Origin: a virus
Lineage: Duplodnaviria; Heunggongvirae; Uroviricota; Caudoviricetes
DNA: 64,000 nucleotides
Strand: one strand, 5' to 3'
IMG/VR virus record: IMGVR_UViG_3300009180_000026
The notes beneath the pieces are model-generated. The model saw only the letters and a list, made by a program, of their open reading frames with translations, did not search any database and was not told the origin of the DNA. Position numbers and translations under genes: made by a program. Positions 28,772 through 38,978 of this stretch are shown here, piece after piece; the first letter of the stretch is position 1, and each line of letters starts with the position of its first letter.

Positions 28772-30325
28772 TTAGAATTGTGGAATCTCTTCAATCAAAA
28801 CTGTACGTGATAAATCCTCAATGAATACATCACAACGGTCTTTCATCCAGATTTCATAACCAGGGAATTTGTTAGCACTGCTCATACCTTGAGACTTAGC
28901 AAAGCCTAAGTGATGACGAGTACCATCGATATAACCCCAAGTCATAGAAGGAGCTCCTTTCATACGCACCTCACGAATGTTGTTAACCATTGAACCATCG
29001 CTCATTGGAGAAACATCAAACACCATGAATACAGGAGTAGATTTTTTGTTTTGACCAAATTCCAAGTTTGTTTGTGGAAGATCTAATTCTTTCAAGTGAA
29101 TCAATTCAACACGTCCAGTTTCACGAGTAACCATTGCATCGAATGCAAAGTTGTAAGTGATGTGTTGACCTTCTCCTTGCATATATCTGTTACCAGAATC
29201 AGCCATGAAAGTTAATCCACTGTTTAAAGCATCAGCTTTCAAAGCTTGTTGGAATACATCGAATCCAGCTTCATTAGTGTACATTTTAACTTTACGATCT
29301 TTAACATCCACACGTCTGTAGAAAAGATCTCCAAATACTGAACGAATCAAGTTAGCAGAGAACTCACCACGGTTGTATTGAACTAAGTTACCGTTATTTC
29401 TCATTCTGTGGTAAACACCAGCAGAAGTTCTTTTCAATTCTTGTTTAGAACCGTTAGTTTTAACAGTACCTGGTTTAGACCAGATCATACGCTTAACTTT
29501 CAATTCTAACATTGATTTACGCATCCAGAACTCGATGAATGGTTCCCATTTAACATCATTACGAGTTAAAGGTAATTGATTTCTACGTTGAGGAGCATAT
29601 ACTAAGATGTCTAATGGTTTACCAGAAGCATCTCTCATCATTTTGTCATCAGCCCACTCAGTGATTTTGTGCTCATAACCATATGCTGATCCTAAAGATT
29701 CAAACATTGTAATTTGCTCACCTAAACGTGGTAATCCTAATAAGTCTTGATCAAACTCACCAATAGCAGCATCAACTAATTCTAATTCAATACCTGTTTG
29801 TAAGAATGTAGAAGATACGAAATCTATAGTTGGATTATCAGTCACTAAAGTGAATGTGTATAACCATCCCATGTTCCATTGCATTGGATCTTTGATTACA
29901 TAGAAACGAGGACCATACTGACGAGAACCTACAGAAACGATAGCGTTCTTAGAAAACTCATTAGTGTCTAAAACTAATTGGAACTCTTGACCATCAATAC
30001 CTGGCTTATCTAAGTCAGCTGTGAAATCAGGAATGTCAATAATTTTAGGGAATTTGTAAGGAACAGCCACTTGCCATTTCCAAGCATCACTATTATTATC
30101 GATGTAATAAGGAGTGCTCTTGTTAATCATGTCCAAGAAGTCATTGCTATACAATGAACTTTGAGTGTAAAGACTGATGATTTTCTTATCGTAATCAGCA
30201 GGCTCAGTGCTATGGAAGCTCTCTAAGTGATTTGAGTCTGTAAGTTTTCCTACAGCACGCTTATCCATAGAGGCTACTCTTGCGTAAGTAAACCCAGTTA
30301 AACCAGGAATTGTTTGAATTGCCAT
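28772..30325 (-). CDS. major capsid protein candidate (517 aa)
   Basis: Positioned directly after the scaffold gene. Size is typical of HK97-fold capsid proteins of large podo/crAss-like phages. Followed by a hairpin. Confidence 0.5.
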   Translation of the reverse strand: MAIQTIPGLTGFTYARVASMDKRAVGKLTDSNHLESFHSTEPADYDKKIISLYTQSSLYSNDFLDMINKSTPYYIDNNSDAWKWQVAVPYKFPKIIDIPDFTADLDKPGIDGQEFQLVLDTNEFSKNAIVSVGSRQYGPRFYVIKDPMQWNMGWLYTFTLVTDNPTIDFVSSTFLQTGIELELVDAAIGEFDQDLLGLPRLGEQITMFESLGSAYGYEHKITEWADDKMMRDASGKPLDILVYAPQRRNQLPLTRNDVKWEPFIEFWMRKSMLELKVKRMIWSKPGTVKTNGSKQELKRTSAGVYHRMRNNGNLVQYNRGEFSANLIRSVFGDLFYRRVDVKDRKVKMYTNEAGFDVFQQALKADALNSGLTFMADSGNRYMQGEGQHITYNFAFDAMVTRETGRVELIHLKELDLPQTNLEFGQNKKSTPVFMVFDVSPMSDGSMVNNIREVRMKGAPSMTWGYIDGTRHHLGFAKSQGMSSANKFPGYEIWMKDRCDVFIEDLSRTVLIEEIPQF

Positions 30326-30357
30326 TTTAGTTATTTTTTAATTATTGTTTAAATTGT

Positions 30358-31614
30358 TTATAAAAACCATGAACTTGAATTCTTAGAACCATTTGAGGAT
30401 TTTACACCACTCTTACTCACTTGTCTTGCAACTTCACCAAATAATTCATTTGACTTTTTACTAATTCCGTTCTTTTGAATTGTAGAAAGTGTTGGATCTT
30501 TTTCTAGGATTTTTAAAAGAAGAGCAACTTTCACTTTCATTTCGTGGTTCTCAGGTCTTTTTAATTCCAGAATAGACTTATCAAAATCTGTGATTGTTTC
30601 TCCAGATGTTGTTTTATATTTATCCACCAATAGGAAATCTTGTAATTCTGCAGCTAGTTTTGGATTGATGGGAATACCATCGAATTCTTTAGCTTTCACC
30701 TTATCCTGTAGAACAGCTTGTACATTTTGTATATACTGATTTCTTATGGCTGCTTTTTGTTGTAATTCTTTTTGAGACTGTTGCTCAAGTTGTTGAAGCT
30801 TTGCTGCTTCTTTTTTAATTAAAACTTTATGATGTTTTGCAGCTACGCTTTCAAGATCACCATAGTTTTTTAATCTCTCAACTTCTGTCTCAATATCTTC
30901 AGGATCAAATCCTTGATCGTTCAATGCTTGTTTTAAAACAGAGATTTGATTACGTTCCTCAGAAAGATCAAGATCTGCAAAACTTGCAATTTGATTATAA
31001 GTTCCGAAGTATTCTTTAGGATCAACTCCTTTTACAAATATGGCATCAAATGCTTGTTGATAATCTTCTCCAAATTGTCCAATGAAGTTGTTTACCACTT
31101 CAATAGCTCCTTTCTTTTTCTCAGCTTGGAATCTTTCAAGGAATTCTTCAGCATTAGTGATTGGAACATCTTCTTCATCTTCATCCTTAGAAAATACACC
31201 AAGTTTAAATAGGTCATTAGCAAGAGCACCAAATTGACTAACTTCTGGTTCTTCTTCTTCATCAGTAGGTTCTTCAATTTGTTTACCAGGAGTTTTTGTT
31301 TTAGTAGGGGTTTCTTCTTCCTCTTCATCATCCTCATCATCATTTCCTAATAAGAAATCCTGAATAGATGTTTCTTCTTTCTTTTCAGTGGGAGCTTCTT
31401 CCATAGTTTCACCTATAGACTTAGCTTTCTTAGAAGATGTTTCTTTTGGAGCAGTGTCTTCAGTAGAGATTTCTTTAATATCATCAGGACTACTAGAAGC
31501 AGTGTCTGGAGACATTAGATCATTGAGAAGTTCTGCATTTCCCATTCCCATTTCCATAGTATTCTCAATACCAAAGTTACCAAATGATTGGGGAGTGTCT
31601 AAATTTTCAGCCAT
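30358..31614 (-). CDS. scaffolding protein candidate (418 aa, highly acidic)
   Basis: D/E-rich runs (DDEDDEEEEE; EEEEPE) and a coiled-coil Q/K-rich C-terminal half. Position between portal and capsid. Confidence 0.5.
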   Translation of the reverse strand: MAENLDTPQSFGNFGIENTMEMGMGNAELLNDLMSPDTASSSPDDIKEISTEDTAPKETSSKKAKSIGETMEEAPTEKKEETSIQDFLLGNDDEDDEEEEETPTKTKTPGKQIEEPTDEEEEPEVSQFGALANDLFKLGVFSKDEDEEDVPITNAEEFLERFQAEKKKGAIEVVNNFIGQFGEDYQQAFDAIFVKGVDPKEYFGTYNQIASFADLDLSEERNQISVLKQALNDQGFDPEDIETEVERLKNYGDLESVAAKHHKVLIKKEAAKLQQLEQQSQKELQQKAAIRNQYIQNVQAVLQDKVKAKEFDGIPINPKLAAELQDFLLVDKYKTTSGETITDFDKSILELKRPENHEMKVKVALLLKILEKDPTLSTIQKNGISKKSNELFGEVARQVSKSGVKSSNGSKNSSSWFL

Positions 31615-31732
31615 AATGTAGTTGTATTTTTGGTTTTATAATGTAAATGTATATTAAAGCTAAATACCAACAAAGAGATATAACACTATATAAATCAATT
31701 TTTTGGTTAATATAGCATTAACATATTTCTAT

Positions 31733-32263
31733 CTAATCGAGTTTGTTTGAAAAGTTGTCATTTATCAACCTATAGCTTCTAATTGGAGCTACATCTGTCA
31801 ATGTAACTTGTTGAATATCAACTCCCCATTTCTTTGCTTCTACCCTTACTTTCTTAGTTAATATAGTGTCAAGTTCTGGATCTATACATTTTTCTGCTAG
31901 TGAAGATATAACTACGTTTTTAATAATGCTCATAGTCATATCTGACAATGCATCTTGTGCATCATACACTTCCATTAGAAACACTTTAACATCTGATATC
32001 CTATATTTAATCACTCCCTTGACAACAAAGTTTTGTTTATCTAATGTATATAAAGATTGTGCTGGAAGACTGAGAGTTGTAACAACAACATGTTGTCTAA
32101 GTATTTCATCAAAGAATGGAATCTTAAAATAAACTCCTCCAGATATAACTTTCTTAAACTTGCCAAATCTCATCATCACCCCTTCTTCATAGGAAGGAAT
32201 AATAACTATTGGAAGAATCTGGTCTATCCAATTTACAATAAGATCTACAAGTTTATCAAACAT
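31733..32263 (-). CDS. SPFH/band-7 (HflK/C-stomatin-prohibitin) domain protein (176 aa)
   Basis: RFGKFKKVISGGVYFKIPFFDEI..TLDKQNFVVKGVIKYRISDVKVF..KWGVDIQQVTLTDVAP aligns with the HflK SPFH core (RVGKY..FKIPFIDKV..TKDNVVV..YYRITDP..WGIEV.RVEL.D). Hydrophobic N-terminus. Start overlaps the portal stop. Confidence 0.65.
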   Translation of the reverse strand: MFDKLVDLIVNWIDQILPIVIIPSYEEGVMMRFGKFKKVISGGVYFKIPFFDEILRQHVVVTTLSLPAQSLYTLDKQNFVVKGVIKYRISDVKVFLMEVYDAQDALSDMTMSIIKNVVISSLAEKCIDPELDTILTKKVRVEAKKWGVDIQQVTLTDVAPIRSYRLINDNFSNKLD

Positions 32264-34857
32264 TATTTAGATTTTTTAGCTCTCCCCTTTGCATTCTCTT
32301 TAGCCACAGCAAGATCGTTTGCTTGGTTTTCTCTAGCCACTTGAAGCTTCTCCATTTCAACTTTCATCTTATCAGAAGCTTGTTTGTTCTTAGAGTTTAT
32401 ATCTGCTAGTTTAAGTTGATAGTCTTTAGCAGCTTTCTCTTGTTCATGTGTAAGCCTACCCATTTCTAATACATCTGGAACAGTATTTTTGTTAGTGTCT
32501 TCAGATTCCACCTTACCAAATCCTGTAGCCTGAATAATAGCAATCTCTTTCTTACTGATGCGATCAAGCTCTTTTTGATAATCATCATGTGCTTGTTGTT
32601 CTTGTGCCAATTGAGCAGTTTGTTGTAATTGAGCTTGTGCTTGTTCTTGTTGTTGTTGCATCTCTTGTTGCTTCTGTTGCATTTGCTGATTTTGCATTTG
32701 CTCTTGTCTTTCTTTAAGTGTCTTGAACACCTTCTTCATTTGTCTAATAGACTTAGTGCTGTAAAGCTCAATAATGTCATATAGAGAACCACCATTTTGA
32801 AGAACAGCTTGAGACAACGCTCTGATCTCTTGGAACATTTGTTGATCTTCAGGTCTGTTGGTCAAGAACACTTTAAGATCTCTAAATCTCAATTCAGAAC
32901 CATTCACTTGTACAAAGGCTGATTCTCCTTGAGAGGTAATGTATGAAAGTGTGGATTGTGGTTTTTTAGCTTCTACATATAGGGCAGCATCAATAATAGC
33001 TTGATACAGTTGTCCCATTATATATTCATGTGCAACGAATAATGGTTCTGTTTGAGAATAGGATTGTTGTATAGCTGTATTAGTACCTGTTGCAGATTCT
33101 GAAGCTGACACACTTCCCATTCTTTGTTTAGACATACCAACTAGTTCCCAACACTCGTTCTTCAATTGCATAGCTAGATTATATCTAGACTGTATCTCCT
33201 GTGTACGTGTAAGATCAATATCTCTAAACTGATTGAATGAACTAGGAGATTTTAGATTCTCTGGAGAATCGTCAATAAACATCACACCTCTATTACGAGC
33301 TTCCATTTCCCAAACATCTAATGCATCTTGAGCATCACCATCCTTAGGAATAGGAATGTGCCTAATGGAAGTTAAATACACCTTACCCACTTCTTTTTCA
33401 AGGAGTTTATAAAGCTGATTCATACAAACATTATATAACACTTGGAAAGGTTTCATAAGATCTACTAAGCTCTTAGCTTCTGTATTCTTAATCTCATGGG
33501 TTAGTCCTATTATAGGGCAATAATTAAGTAGCTTATATGGTTTAATGTGATAGATGTCTGGACCTATCTTAACCCCTTGATACCACTGGTTAATCCATCC
33601 CCACTCTAACGAAATTTGTGTAGGAATAGTTCCACTCTTATATGATTCATCTACAAGCATTGATTGTTCATTGCCCATTTCATCTGTATAGATGAGCTTA
33701 CCTATCTTCTTCTTAGAAATCCAATATGCTCTAACCACTACGTATTTATAACCAAATGAAGATACGTTTGATGTAAGTCCTAAGAAGTCTTTTAGTCCAT
33801 CATCGTTCTCTTTCATCTCACTCTCAATAATCATTCTTGTTTGTAATACAGCAGGATCGTATGTATCATATTGTACAGAATCTTGTCCAGGAATTGCATC
33901 AGGATTACCAAGGTTTGATTCACGTACATTAATTAATCCATAATCCTGAAGAGAAGATCTAAGATGATCTATTTCTTCTTTTGTTAAGTCAGGAATTGAC
34001 TCAATAATTTCAGAAAGCTCCATGACTTGTACTGTACCAGCTGCGTAAGCCCCCTGAGCTCTTCCTGTGGGATCAGAGATATATTTTCTATCAGGAGTTG
34101 TAAGGAACCACGTGTTCTTAGGATTTGCCACCTCAATGTTAAAACCAAGTTTTGAGTTATCTTCATATATATGGTAGAATTCTCTTGCAGAAATAAGCAT
34201 ATCTCTGAAAGCATCTTCGCTCTTTTCTTTTAAATTAAATTCAGCTTTTTGACATGTAAGAACATGGTTGGCCCATTTCTCAGCTACAGATGTGTAATTA
34301 TCTAATTGATCCTTAACATCTTCCATTGTCATTTTATCAAGTTCTTCAGGATCAACTTCTTCAGGATTTTGTCCTTGCATTGCAAGATTTTGTAATATTT
34401 TTTGCTTTGCCTCATTTATAACATACTCCTGCAACACTCCTGTCTTATATTCTAATTCTTCTGCTTGACTGTCATCATCAAAAGCTTTCACTCTAAATGT
34501 GTCTGGTCTTTTTGATATTTCACCCACTAGTTCATTAATAGGAGTGGTGATGATTGAATAGTGTTTTACATAAGCTGGAAGTTGAATATCTGTTGTAAGC
34601 ATATCAGTGAAACTCTTAACTTGAGGTTCCTGATAGAAGTCTTCCATACGTAGAATACCTTTTACAAGATCGTAGTTCTTTACAAACGTTTCTCTATTCT
34701 TTACATACTCAGCATAAGCTTTATTTGCAAAATAGTCCATTGTATTCTTAATCCAGCTTTCATCTTGTTTTTCTTTCTCAGTTTTAAACTGATCTGGGAA
34801 TATATTTAAATACGCATAGCGTATAGTAGCATCTTTTGTATACCTTATAATTGCCAT
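32263..34857 (-). CDS. portal protein candidate (864 aa) with a Q-rich coiled-coil C-terminus
   Basis: Immediately follows TerL, overlapping its stop. Size and position are consistent with a portal. The C-terminal QQMQQKQQEMQQQQEQAQAQLQQ coiled coil is long. Confidence 0.55.
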   Translation of the reverse strand: MAIIRYTKDATIRYAYLNIFPDQFKTEKEKQDESWIKNTMDYFANKAYAEYVKNRETFVKNYDLVKGILRMEDFYQEPQVKSFTDMLTTDIQLPAYVKHYSIITTPINELVGEISKRPDTFRVKAFDDDSQAEELEYKTGVLQEYVINEAKQKILQNLAMQGQNPEEVDPEELDKMTMEDVKDQLDNYTSVAEKWANHVLTCQKAEFNLKEKSEDAFRDMLISAREFYHIYEDNSKLGFNIEVANPKNTWFLTTPDRKYISDPTGRAQGAYAAGTVQVMELSEIIESIPDLTKEEIDHLRSSLQDYGLINVRESNLGNPDAIPGQDSVQYDTYDPAVLQTRMIIESEMKENDDGLKDFLGLTSNVSSFGYKYVVVRAYWISKKKIGKLIYTDEMGNEQSMLVDESYKSGTIPTQISLEWGWINQWYQGVKIGPDIYHIKPYKLLNYCPIIGLTHEIKNTEAKSLVDLMKPFQVLYNVCMNQLYKLLEKEVGKVYLTSIRHIPIPKDGDAQDALDVWEMEARNRGVMFIDDSPENLKSPSSFNQFRDIDLTRTQEIQSRYNLAMQLKNECWELVGMSKQRMGSVSASESATGTNTAIQQSYSQTEPLFVAHEYIMGQLYQAIIDAALYVEAKKPQSTLSYITSQGESAFVQVNGSELRFRDLKVFLTNRPEDQQMFQEIRALSQAVLQNGGSLYDIIELYSTKSIRQMKKVFKTLKERQEQMQNQQMQQKQQEMQQQQEQAQAQLQQTAQLAQEQQAHDDYQKELDRISKKEIAIIQATGFGKVESEDTNKNTVPDVLEMGRLTHEQEKAAKDYQLKLADINSKNKQASDKMKVEMEKLQVARENQANDLAVAKENAKGRAKKSK

Positions 34858-36878
34858 TATGTAAACATTTTACGTTTTTTGTTATTGAACAGTCCTCTTG
34901 ATTCAGAGAACAATGCATTTTTCTTTTGTGCTGCGAACATAGATTTCACCCTTTCATCACCTGAGCCACCAACTTTTCCCATTATAGGATCCATTTTAAG
35001 TGCTTGGGCAATGGCCAACTCTGCTGCTACAATCCTATCAAAGTTTCCTTGATCATTGTATTGTATAATCTCTTCTAAAAGAACAGGATCAAATATCTTA
35101 TTTACACCTAGTTGTTCTCTTATAACATCACCAGCTTCATTCTTTTCTGTATATATCACTTCCTCCATATACTTCTTTAAGCAGTTGTGAAGATAGTCAA
35201 TTATCTTCTGAGCACTTCTATGTACACCATATTCTCTCTTCACTGTTGTATTAGGAACCACTTCAAGAAGCCACTGAGGTTGTTTCTCTAGATAGTGAGC
35301 ATCTCCTTTACTCTTCATATATTCTATAAAAGATATATCATCATTCTCACACAGTGTACGAGCGTTGAAATATTTGATGAGCAACCTAGCTTGTTCCTCC
35401 CAAGTTTCTTTCTTATCTGGTCTAGCACAATAACTAGCTACAAACATATCTTGATATTTCTCTCCTGTAAGATCGTGCATTCTTTTATAGACATAAACAG
35501 ATCCTAGAGAAGAACTATATGCAGATTTTCCCTGTCTATAGGGATCCACTCCTGCTACATACAATCCATAAGGAGGACTGTCTATAGGAAACTCATATAT
35601 GACCACAGGAGCATCCTTCATATCAGATGCTTTCAGTGGGAAGTTTGTAATTGGTCTTTTATCTGTAAACTCATGGGATATTTTCTCACCATCGTTGAAT
35701 AGAATAACAGGAGTGCCTGTTCTTTCTTGTTGTAATAGTCTATTCTTTTGTCTTTTAGCAGACTCAATATCAAAGATGTTCGTATCCTCATTCAAGAATA
35801 TATCATCCACCTCTAATGGATAGTACATCTTTTCTTTTAAATAAGCAATCCTATCCCCTGCTTTCTTTAGACGTTCAAGGTTGTTTGTAGTTATTTCTTT
35901 AGCCTTTTCCTCATTGCTCACAAGCATCTTAACATTGTGTAGCTCACTTGTTAATGGCTTATTTAGAAAGGCCCCTAGTGTAGAATCTTCTTTAGATTCC
36001 ATCCTATACTTATATGAAATAAACAATCCATGTATACGCTTATCATCCTTCTCATTATTATATGTAAGGAAGTTAAAGTTGTCCACGTCAAACATCAAGG
36101 ATTTAGCATCCATGAACTTCTTCATATCACCACCTGTACCTGTAAGAATAGGGCTACAACCCCATCCGAATGGTGTTGTAAAACCTGGTATGGCAGCTTG
36201 AAGTCCTCTAAGAAAGTTTCCCTTACCAATCTCATCTATAATTAGCTTACGAGGTTTTGTACCTGCAATAGCCTCTTCATTATTACCATCATCGAGGTTC
36301 CTGATAAGAATCTGTGAGAATGGGATTCTCTCTCCTGCTTTAGTTTTAATACCAAGACTCACTTGGTTCTTCCAATTATCCTCTATTCTTTGCCACCTCC
36401 AAGCTTCTGGTAGGAAGTTAAGTCCTTTATCAATCTTATCTGTAATAAGTTTTATATCTGGAGCATTCAGTCCAGCTATAATATTTTGGGAATTCTCATC
36501 AAACGTAGCACCCCAACCTATGTAAGAACTCTCTATCACTGATTTGGCCAAACGTCTAATACCAAGTATGACCAACCCTTTCTTTTCTATCTGAGCCCTA
36601 TCTATTTCATTTGTAATCAACCACTCATTATCTCTTAAATAGGGATTGGCATATTTCTGTGAGATTCTTCCACGCTCATCAATAACATCCACCTCTGTAT
36701 TCCAGAAGTTGAGATGCCAATATAAAAAAGGGTTTATGTAAACCCCATCCATCATAGCTCCATTTAAACATAGCTCTTTATGGTAGTTGAAGAACGGTCT
36801 ATATTCATCACTTTCCTTATCAGGAATACGTGATTGATTTAAAAACCAATCCTTATAATCTATGCTTTGTAGTTCCAT
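34857..36878 (-). CDS. terL: terminase large subunit (673 aa)
   Basis: Walker A-like GIRRLAKS, Walker B LIIDEIG, and a C-terminal RNaseH-like nuclease region (VAGVDPYRQGKS). Confidence 0.7.
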   Translation of the reverse strand: MELQSIDYKDWFLNQSRIPDKESDEYRPFFNYHKELCLNGAMMDGVYINPFLYWHLNFWNTEVDVIDERGRISQKYANPYLRDNEWLITNEIDRAQIEKKGLVILGIRRLAKSVIESSYIGWGATFDENSQNIIAGLNAPDIKLITDKIDKGLNFLPEAWRWQRIEDNWKNQVSLGIKTKAGERIPFSQILIRNLDDGNNEEAIAGTKPRKLIIDEIGKGNFLRGLQAAIPGFTTPFGWGCSPILTGTGGDMKKFMDAKSLMFDVDNFNFLTYNNEKDDKRIHGLFISYKYRMESKEDSTLGAFLNKPLTSELHNVKMLVSNEEKAKEITTNNLERLKKAGDRIAYLKEKMYYPLEVDDIFLNEDTNIFDIESAKRQKNRLLQQERTGTPVILFNDGEKISHEFTDKRPITNFPLKASDMKDAPVVIYEFPIDSPPYGLYVAGVDPYRQGKSAYSSSLGSVYVYKRMHDLTGEKYQDMFVASYCARPDKKETWEEQARLLIKYFNARTLCENDDISFIEYMKSKGDAHYLEKQPQWLLEVVPNTTVKREYGVHRSAQKIIDYLHNCLKKYMEEVIYTEKNEAGDVIREQLGVNKIFDPVLLEEIIQYNDQGNFDRIVAAELAIAQALKMDPIMGKVGGSGDERVKSMFAAQKKNALFSESRGLFNNKKRKMFT

Positions 36879-37210
36879 TATTTTCTGTTTTTAAGGAAGT
36901 CTTCTGCCATTGATGACAGCTCTCCCTTTCCTCTCACTTCCACCTTACTCTCTTCTATTGTTCTAAGCTTCTCAACCACTTCCACTAGTGCAAGGTAGTT
37001 CTTCATTGTCTCTTGAACAAACTTTCCTTGTGCCTCTATAGAAGCTATCACCATTGGAAGCATTCCTCCTTTAGATGTAGGTTTCCATTCAATCCTATCC
37101 TTCAACTCATGAAGGGGATTGGCATCAACATATTGCTTCCAGGATTTAAGCTGTTCTTCAGCCCAATCTAGCTCTGTGTTGATGTATGTAGTTTTTTTAA
37201 TAGTCGCCAT
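36878..37210 (-). CDS. small protein (110 aa); small terminase subunit candidate by position
   Basis: ORF directly upstream of terL. No motif recognised. Confidence 0.3.
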   Translation of the reverse strand: MATIKKTTYINTELDWAEEQLKSWKQYVDANPLHELKDRIEWKPTSKGGMLPMVIASIEAQGKFVQETMKNYLALVEVVEKLRTIEESKVEVRGKGELSSMAEDFLKNRK

Positions 37211-37484
37211 TATCTGTGTCTTCTTTTAAAATGTTCTCAAGATCCATAGCTTGCTTTATAATCTCATCTATCTCATTCTCATCAGAATGAGGAACATCCA
37301 TTTCAAGCTGGTTTTTATACTTGTTTAAAGCAAATAAAAACTCCTTGTCTGTTATTCCCCAGAAGTCTCCATAATCAGAGAGTGCTGTTGATAGATGTCT
37401 TCCTATTGTGTAATTAGGATAGGAGAGATGTAGCTCCTGCAAGATCTTTAGGATTTTAGTGTGTTCTGTGGTTTTTCTGCTCAT
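37197..37484 (-). CDS. small protein (95 aa)
   Basis: ORF. Confidence 0.35.
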   Translation of the reverse strand: MSRKTTEHTKILKILQELHLSYPNYTIGRHLSTALSDYGDFWGITDKEFLFALNKYKNQLEMDVPHSDENEIDEIIKQAMDLENILKEDTDNGDY

Positions 37485-37489
37485 GGTTT

Positions 37490-37672
37490 TTATTTTACAA
37501 TGAGACCACTGCTTGAAGCTGTTAGCTTGTTCAATCCAGGAGATACAACATCTATTAATAATCTTTTAATCTGGCCATTGGCTTCTTTTTGCACATCTTC
37601 TGAAATACCGTTTGTATTACATAGTGCAGCTAGCTTTTCAATTACAAGCCATGCTTCGTGTACTGGGTTCAT
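37490..37672 (-). CDS. small protein (60 aa)
   Basis: ORF. Confidence 0.25.
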   Translation of the reverse strand: MNPVHEAWLVIEKLAALCNTNGISEDVQKEANGQIKRLLIDVVSPGLNKLTASSSGLIVK

Positions 37673-37974
37673 GTTAATTGGTTTAAATCGTCATCAGATA
37701 GTTTAATATCCTTTTTAATCATTTCTTCTTCTATAAATTTATCAATGTTCTCGTCAAACTGGTCTATAAACTCCTGGTTCATATATTCTTTACAATACAT
37801 AAGACCTATTGTATCTTGTTCCTCTCCCATTGTTCCTACAATGTCTACATATTCCACTCCCATTGCATACAATTCATCCAATGCATCTAGGAACAGTTCT
37901 AGAGGAATCTTTTTAAGACGTAGTTCTTTTTTCTTTGCCATCGAGTATATTTTTAAGTTGTTCTTCTTCTGCAT
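37669..37974 (-). CDS. small acidic protein (101 aa; an alternative start MAKKK would give about 90 aa)
   Basis: ORF. Confidence 0.35.
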   Translation of the reverse strand: MQKKNNLKIYSMAKKKELRLKKIPLELFLDALDELYAMGVEYVDIVGTMGEEQDTIGLMYCKEYMNQEFIDQFDENIDKFIEEEMIKKDIKLSDDDLNQLT

Positions 37975-38221
37975 CTGTTACAAGTGCCAACCACTTATCT
38001 ATAGGACATTCACAAGAAAGGCATTTTGTTTTAGCTGCTAATGTACATCCACAATGTGTGCAATGATCATCTGGTCGCAAGGTTTTATGATTCTTAGAAT
38101 GATGGGGACAAGCTAGACAAATGTTTATTCTTTTCTCTGCTGTTTCCCTTATTAGTTCCTTGATATGTGCTGGAGGGAACATGTTGTTTCTCCATCCTTC
38201 ATAAATCTGTGAGAATTTCAT
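37913..38221 (-). CDS. Cys/His-rich putative zinc-binding protein (102 aa)
   Basis: CLACPHHSKNHKTLRPDDHCTHCGCTLAAKTKCLSCEC contains 10 Cys and 4 His. Confidence 0.35.
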   Translation of the reverse strand: MKFSQIYEGWRNNMFPPAHIKELIRETAEKRINICLACPHHSKNHKTLRPDDHCTHCGCTLAAKTKCLSCECPIDKWLALVTDAEEEQLKNILDGKEKRTTS

Positions 38222-38562
38222 TTTAATTTTGGTTTTAATGCGTCAATGCTTAACAATGTATTATTCAATTTATTAAGTGTAGATTGTCTCTTTGCAAGGC
38301 TAATATCAGAAGCTGCAAGAATATCTGTGAAATACTTTTCCTTAGAGAGAAGCTTTTCCATTTGCTTATGTGCCTTCTTCTGATTAAATAGAAACTTCCC
38401 AAATCCAGAAATCTCTATAGAATCATTTGTATACATTGCTGTATTAGCCTCACTAAACTGATGCACAATAACAGAATCAATCACCTTCTCAGACAACATA
38501 AGCTTAACAGCTAATGTCCTTACAAGATATTCCCTCATAGAAAGACTCTGTGGCTTATCCAT
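38218..38562 (-). CDS. HU/IHF-like (DNABII) DNA-binding protein candidate
   Basis: The N-terminal 60 aa follow the HU pattern (EYLVRTLAVKLMLSEKVIDSVI...NDSIEISGFGKF, cf. ...GDKVQLVGFGTF). The beta-arm region is divergent. Confidence 0.4.
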   Translation of the reverse strand: MDKPQSLSMREYLVRTLAVKLMLSEKVIDSVIVHQFSEANTAMYTNDSIEISGFGKFLFNQKKAHKQMEKLLSKEKYFTDILAASDISLAKRQSTLNKLNNTLLSIDALKPKLK

Positions 38563-38911
38563 GTGTTAGTTTTATTTCTAATGTTATGTTCTCATTAAAG
38601 GGAAGAATAATCATTGGATTCACCTTCACCTTTGTTCCATCCTTAATAAGAACATTTATCTTCTTCAGCTTAGAGATGATGTTATTAATTGTAGGACTTG
38701 TACTATTATACCTCTCGCAAAACTCCTGTCTAATATTAGCATAAGAAATATTCCCTTTAATAGCTGTAAAAGCAACAAGCTGTATTTCCCTAGGAGTGAG
38801 ACTAAGGTTGTTAATAGCAGAAAGAATAGAATAATACTTCTCTGCTAATGCAAATTGGTCTTCTACATTCCTTCTTATCTTCTGAACAATTATTTTATTT
38901 CCTGCTTCCAT
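38555..38911 (-). CDS. small protein (118 aa), possible winged-helix
   Basis: ORF. First gene cluster of the minus arm. Confidence 0.35.
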   Translation of the reverse strand: MEAGNKIIVQKIRRNVEDQFALAEKYYSILSAINNLSLTPREIQLVAFTAIKGNISYANIRQEFCERYNSTSPTINNIISKLKKINVLIKDGTKVKVNPMIILPFNENITLEIKLTHG

Positions 38912-38978
38912 ATGTAATTAGTTGTGTAAAGATAGCAAATTATTATCAGAACATCAAATACAAATATTTAATCTATTG

